From NCBI RefSeq assembly GCF_009914755.1, contig NC_060944.1: a DNA stretch of 64,000 nucleotides; one strand, 5' to 3'. The DNA comes from the human T2T-CHM13v2.0 reference genome, Homo sapiens. Below, one piece after another: positions 56,172 to 64,000 of this stretch. Each line of letters starts with the position of its first letter. The stretch's first letter is position 1. The notes below the pieces were generated by a model that was not told where the DNA came from, did no database searches, and worked only from the letters and a program-made list of their open reading frames with translations. Made by a program: the position numbers and the translations under genes.

Positions 56172-56243
56172 ATGTGTGAGTGTGTGCATTTTTTTTGTGT
56201 GTGTATGTATGCATGTACGTATGTATGTATGTATGTATATGTA
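56172..56243. repeat. (TG)n/(TATG)n simple repeat
   Basis: Direct observation. Confidence 0.85.
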
Positions 56244-58049
56244 GCAAGCATTGGGATGTCATAGCAATTAGAGACAAAAATATGTAGAACAATAATTAGT
56301 TAAAAGTGATTGGCTAGGCAGACAGTAAAAAGTTACTCACAAGTAAAAAGAATCCATTTGTGCCTTAAAGAAAGCTCATCATAAAAGATCCTTGATTCCT
56401 AACAAGGAAAATGATTTATGCCAAGGTGGGTGGAAATAACAGTGATATACATATGATAAATTAAATGAACATGAAGGAGATCCTACTTTCATGAGAATAT
56501 TCAATTATAAAGGACTTCAAGACTTCTGAGTTTACAAAACCGTGTAACAAAGTCTTTATTCCAAAATAGCGGTGTTTCTAAATAGTATGCTGGATATAAA
56601 AAATAAAAGCCTTAACATCTAATTCTAATCATAATTTTAATGATGGAAGAAATGGATAACTGAAGATGGGAGCAGTACTTTGGTTTTAACACCTGCAGTA
56701 GCTGCAGGTGTTAGCGTTCCTTTAGCAAACCTTCTACCTATCTCATTTTCAGGGCTTGAATTATGTTTTTGTGTGGGTGTGTGCTGAAGATTGGAGAGGA
56801 CTGATCTTTAATAAGAAACTAGACAAGTCCAGGCAAACAAGGACTGGCTTGACATTGTCTTTAATCAAGACAAAGGGCTCCACATGGGTCCTTCACCTTC
56901 CTTGTCCATTATTCAGGTTCTATTACCATGTAGGAACAGAATTTCCAAAGCACTACCCTTGCATTCAAGGGCAACACACTTCAAGCTGGTTCCAATTAGG
57001 CTGGGCCAGTGTGGATGTCTCACACGCGTCAATATTTGCAGCTGAGCTAGTCAGATCTGCAGGGGTATCCTCTAGACAGCAGGAGACCCTTCTTACTGCT
57101 GCCTTTGTGAACAATCCTGCAGGCATTTACACCACCTCCCTCTCGCCTCCCTTCACAAATACCATTTCTATCCTTTGTACCCCTGTGGCTACTCTTAGAT
57201 CTCCCCTTTTCCAAATACCTGGGAGATATGCCACATGGACATTTCAAGTTTCCCAAATAATTTCCATTTTATTAGTGACATTTAGACTTAATACTGTCAC
57301 TTAAACATTTTTTGAGTGCTCACTGCGAAGGTGGAATTTTGACCCATGTCTGGAAATTTCTGCAGGCATTAATGTTGATGAAATGAAATTAAATCAGATC
57401 TAATTGCACAGTAGAGGTCATTTTATATAAGAGGAAATTGAGGCTTATTTGACATGCTCATTGCCAGGGAAAGAGAGAGACATAATAGCAATCTGCAGAA
57501 CTCGATTTGGGGCTAGTGAGAATATACACACAAGAATGGCAAGAATGCCAGATCCTCCTGAAGGCTCTAGAAACCGTTTCTTCCTACAAAGGGCACCAAC
57601 CCTCTGTAGTTTATTTTTATCAGCCAAATTCCACGTTTAAAATATATCTACTCCAAAGTAAATGTTATTAATGTAGTAGTCAGATCCCTGCATTGCAGGG
57701 TAGAAAGTATCTCAGATCTTCGTTGCCAATACTCAATTTCCCCCTATTTATTTCTAGTGCAGGTTTCACAGCAAATCTGTTTTCTAATTTGCTTTTTTCT
57801 TACATCTCTGAACAGAATTGAGGAGCACTGGTCTTCCACCGTTTTGTTAATCACATTGAAAATGTTCACCTATTCTTTTTTATTCATTTCACTTTAGGAA
57901 AATGAAAAAAGTTGTCCTGGCTTCTCTCGCCATGCATTGCCAAGGACGTTGCTCGCTGGTAGTGGCCAGTGTCAGCGGAAACGGTGCTCCATCCACCACA
58001 GCTGACCCGACTCATTTTCGATAATAAACATTTCCAGGGTAGCGAACAT

Positions 58050-60500
58050 CATGGAGGCCTAGGCAAAGAACCAACTTTACGACCGCCTTGGTCAGCAGCA
58101 GGCCAAAGGAAAATAAGCCGCGGGAATGGGTCCGCGAAGCCAAGGACGTTATTTCTCGCTCTTGGGGGCTCTGTTTTAATGCCAGTTGGCAGGGTCCTCA
58201 ACACCTTCCATTTGGGGTCTGGAGAGTCTGTGTGTCCTAGTCAGGAGAGGCAGGTTCTGTGCAAAACGCACTCCCCACCTCGTCCTTGAGGATCCACTCT
58301 GTTGGGAGGACGCTCTGACCTTGCGCTCCGAGGCGGCGCTCACAGGCGCCAATTCAGAATCTAGTCTTCCTCTCCCCTTCCTCGCTCCCTCCTTCCACCG
58401 CCGCAGTCATTCCCCGCGGAGTTTCGTTGTGTTGTTACACAAGCCAGCTTTTGGTTTGTTAGTTGTTCGCATTCCCCCAGGGTTTGCAGCTCCCCGATCT
58501 GGCTCAGCTCTTCTTCCCATAGTTTCTTTGCAGCTAGCAGCTCCTCATTTCTCTTTTCGTCAATTTTCTTCTTATTTTTAAGTATGATGTGGCGGATCTT
58601 TTTTGCAAAACTACGGGCATGTGTACGTGTGGAGCTTGGTACTATAACCTGATGCATAAAGTGCGTTTTTAGCCCGAGCTGCTTTTTTATTTTCCCCTTC
58701 AAACGTAAATTTAAGAAGAAAATTAAGAGACTCAATTTGACTTTGATTTTGAACCACAGGACTCATGGCTCAGTGCTCTTAAAACTCTTAAAAACACAGT
58801 AAAAGCGCAGGTCCTGAGCAGAGCCAGGACTCATGCAGGAGCGAAAGCGGGCCTATTAAGGCCTGAGGCTAGGACGTCGTGAGGAAGACCCGGGATCCCG
58901 GCCCTGCGGCCCCTGCGGGCTGCTGCTGGTGGGTACCAGCTTTCGTTGTTAGGCCCAAGTCTGGCCAGGGCTCTCGGGGAGTGCCACCTGTGTTTTCTGC
59001 CCTCTGTTACTTCCCGCAAGAACCGAAATGCGCACCTGTATGCCCAAGTTGGACTTAAATCAGCTTTTTCTTAAGGTTTCTCCTGGAGTCCTTGAAATGC
59101 ATGGGCCCGGGGAACATCCCGGCCTATTGCTTGTTTTAACTCCCGGAAACAAACCCACCAAAAATCAAAGCCAAGTATGAGACATGAAGTGGGGGCGACT
59201 GTAGCTCCAAGAGCGGCCCTGTCACCGAACCCCTGGGTGTTTAGCAGTGTGAAGTTTCGGGTGTTGAGTTCACGGCTCAGGTGGCGTGCAGCAAGGGAGT
59301 TCTCATCAGTAACCCCCCTTGCCGCCAACCCCCAGTCCCCAGAAGGGCAGGCACCCCTTCGCGCCTCCTTTTTGACTCCCGCTTTCGGCAAAGAGTTTAC
59401 CTCTCTTTCTTTTCCTGCCTTGGGAAAACTGGGCGAGGGCCCGAAGCCTCTGGGGTACCCTCAGATCCATCCTCTGCCCTGCTAGGAGTCCAGCCCCAGG
59501 CGGAGGAGTTTTGCCCCAGGTTTCTGAGTGCGCCCTCAGCTAACAGGCTCCCGCGACCCTGGAAGCGGAACTTTGTTGCACTCCGCTTCCAGAGGACGCT
59601 GAAATACGGTGCCAAACCCAGCCAAGCAAAAACGCAGAATCCGCGAGCTCTTTACCTCTGTGCGCTCAGCGCTGACTAGTAGCTGTCCCCGGGCCATGGA
59701 GAGGGCTAAGCTGCCTCCTTGGGAGGTGGGAGAGACGTTTCTTTTCCTTCTGCAATCTCATCTTAGGGCCATCTCTCACCAAGCCTAGCCTGCAGCTCGG
59801 GAACCCGCGATACCCGGCCGGGGGACGACAGGGGGCGACAAACTGTAAGGTTTTCCCTATGCCCGACCGTGCAGAAGGCTGCAGCGAGGGCTGTGTGCTC
59901 CCGATCGCGCACAGCTGGCTGCGGGAAAGGGGCCAGGATTGAGACGAAGGCTCGCGGACTCTGCTACCGGGGAGAACCACCCCCTCTCATCGTGCGCAAT
60001 CCCCAGACTCACCCCTCTACAGTAGCCCCCAGCCACGGGCGGCCTTCACGGGGACGGGGGCGGAGTTTTGTCCTGGACTGCGACTCCTTGCCACTTTTCC
60101 AAGCTCGGCAGCAGAGGTGGGGTGGACGTTCCCCTGAAAGGGTAGTTGGGCGAACCAGCTCTCACGGTGTCACGACCGGCTTTATTTCCTCGTCTTTAGA
60201 GTGTGCCTGTTGACTCCTCACCTACTGGGGGGAAGAAGCGGCTTTAGCTGCTTTTCCGGATCACGAGTATCCACTGGACTGAGGCAGGGATGTGGCGTTC
60301 CTTTATCTCAGAGACTCCAAGGTCTGGAAATCAACCTTTCTTGGTATCTCGCGCCCGACGAAGCTAGCAGATTCCGCAATGGAGAGCACTGGGCAGGGTG
60401 CGTCCCCACTCCCCGCACCCCCGGAGCCCCGAGCATACTGTGCGTGCTTAGTCCTCTCTTCGCTGCCTTCGCGGAACTCCTGGCTTAGGCGTGCCCACTT
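58050..60500. promoter_or_regulatory. Upstream CpG-rich domain (CpG island/shore of PAX1)
   Basis: Sharp rise in CpG and GC content versus the rest of the window; no recognisable TEs; boundaries estimated by eye. Confidence 0.7.
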
Positions 60501-62130
60501 TAATCCAAACCATTCCCTTTCCCTGTTCCTTACTCCAAACCTACGCTGTCATGGACAGGCCTAATCTTCTACATAGCTTCCCCTGCTCCCACTCTCGCAC
60601 CCTCCTGCCAGTGCACTGACCCTCAAACCTCCTCCAGGTCTCCAGGACCTCCCAGAGCCAGAGACTGTACTGTGTTCATGCCGCCGGAGAGGAAGAGTTC
60701 ACTTCTTTTAAACCTGATTTTTCTTTTTCCAGGAGTAATTCTTGTCTGTGGCCCCACCGCGTGCTCTCTCTAGAGAGTCCAGGAATTATGAGCCAGTCAC
60801 TCCTGACAGATACATTTAGACAGGTGGATTAGGAGCCAGGGATGCTCTCTGGCCCTACAGCGGAGGCAAAGGGGTCGGGGCCTCCGCAGCCATGGCTCCC
60901 CAGGGTGGGCTGATAGGGTCCATGTGCTCCTCAGCCACTGTCACCGCGCTGGCGCCATACTCAACTCTGGGTGGCTAAGGAGAGCTAGACCCTTGGGGTG
61001 GGCAGGAGGGAGGGGAAGAGGGTTCTCTCCTCCAGGGGAGCGCTGGGAGTCTCAGAAACCTCGGCTGTTCCTACTCTCTCCCCTATGCCCTCTTCCTGGT
61101 CTAGCACATTCAGCCCAATGCCTTTGGTGCTTACTGGGCTCAACCTCAGAGCTCTCAGATCCTGACCCCCTCAAATCAGTTCATGTTCAAAACCACGAGT
61201 TTCCTCCTCTTGGCCCTCACCGCATGGCTCCCGGACACAGTTAGCTGCACAGGTTGGGGAGTTCAGAACTGCTTTGGTGCAGGGTAGAAACAGAGAAATT
61301 GTTGATGTTCAATCTCAGGGGTGAATAATTCAGGGCTGCGCAAAACCTCATTTAAATGAAGGAGAAATGACCATTCTGTGGTTTAACAGAGACTTCCTGA
61401 AGCTGCAGGTGCTGGGAGAAAGACGAGGCCAGGCCACCTGGGATAGAGTGGTGCGAGATTCCACCGCCAGGGAGAAAGGAACTTGTCCTTCAGACCTAGA
61501 GCTGGAGCTATGCATTTGGCCTCCCGCCGGTCGCGCTTGGGGACAGGAGGGCGCCGGATCTATGCGCCCCTTAGCAGCAGATCGGGATCCTTTTGCCTCC
61601 TGCCCCTTCTGTCACTGCTTGGAGAGGGATGAGTTCTGGTGGCTGGGCCTGGCTGTAGGAGACAGGATTTGGACCGTGCCCCTCTCGCATCACCGAAATC
61701 ACCCCCACTATTCCAAGAGTGGTTGGCTATTAAACGTGAAGATTTCCTGAGAGAAGGATTGAGGACCTGGCCAGGAATGGGACACAAGTTCCGCCTTGTG
61801 TCTTCCTGACAGGAGCCCTGCACCGCGCTGGACGCTCACCTTGACACTCCCAGCCAGCTGGGGTACTGATCCCACCCTTCCCCGGCCGCTGCCCCGGGAG
61901 TGGGGAGGTAGAGAGAGCCACACCCGAAACACCTTTCCACGATAAACTTTTATTCTCTATCTTATTATTAATGGTGGCGGAAATAAAACTAAAACCAAAA
62001 CGAAAACGAGTACTAGTACTAACACACTAATCAATTTGAGATGACTTCCCCCTCATTCCCAAAGCTAGAGGAGGAAGGGGGCTGAAAGGGGCTCAGAGCA
62101 GTGGAAGGTCCCAGGCCCAGCTGGGGTTGG

Positions 62131-62133
<3 letters not shown>

Positions 62134-62179
<46 letters not shown>
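62134..62179. repeat. (GT)23 microsatellite in the PAX1 promoter
   Basis: Perfect 46-nt GT run. Confidence 0.97.
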
Positions 62180-63780
<1,601 letters not shown>

Positions 63781-64000
63781 TAGCCTTCTATTAAGGGGCA
63801 GAACCTGGGGCGGGCAGGCTTGCAGGAGAGGACTCACACTCGCTCTCCTCCCGGGACCGGTTCTGGCTCAGGGGAGGGCTCCACACTGGCCAGGGAGGCT
63901 GGGGGTCCTGGGCCTTTTGTAAGAGACCTCGGACATCTTGAACTTTTTATGACAAATATGGAAAATATTTCCCAAATAGAAGAGCAATCGCCGACCACAA

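Noticed and set aside
56756-57304. 182-aa ORF
   Set aside because: Non-ATG start, no domain similarity and no splice support; likely chance

Overview
Primate, almost certainly human, genomic DNA: about 62 kb of repeat-rich upstream sequence, then the CpG-island promoter and first two coding exons of PAX1 (+ strand; exon 1 CDS 62406-62691, exon 2 63131-63760, gene continues past the window). PAX1 is known to lie at 20p11.22. The first ~17 kb is a nested retroelement stack: an old L1MB-type LINE, interrupted by a near full-length L1PB, itself interrupted by a two-LTR MER41-family (ERV1) provirus lacking RT, plus Alus including a young AluYa5-lineage copy. The remainder is L2, MIR, Alu, MaLR/ERVL LTR and DNA-transposon debris with a few repeat-poor blocks that may be regulatory. 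I found no prokaryotic-type system and no other intact gene. The most unusual observations are: (1) tandem ~85-bp PBS+att cassettes extending the proviral LTRs asymmetrically (1 copy 5', 2 copies 3'); (2) an apparently spliced L1PB 5'UTR; (3) an L1PB/L1MB chimeric 3' end; (4) an orphan TSD-flanked insertion; (5) three possible PAX1 start codons. Repeat subfamily names come from remembered consensus sequences and need RepeatMasker/Dfam confirmation.
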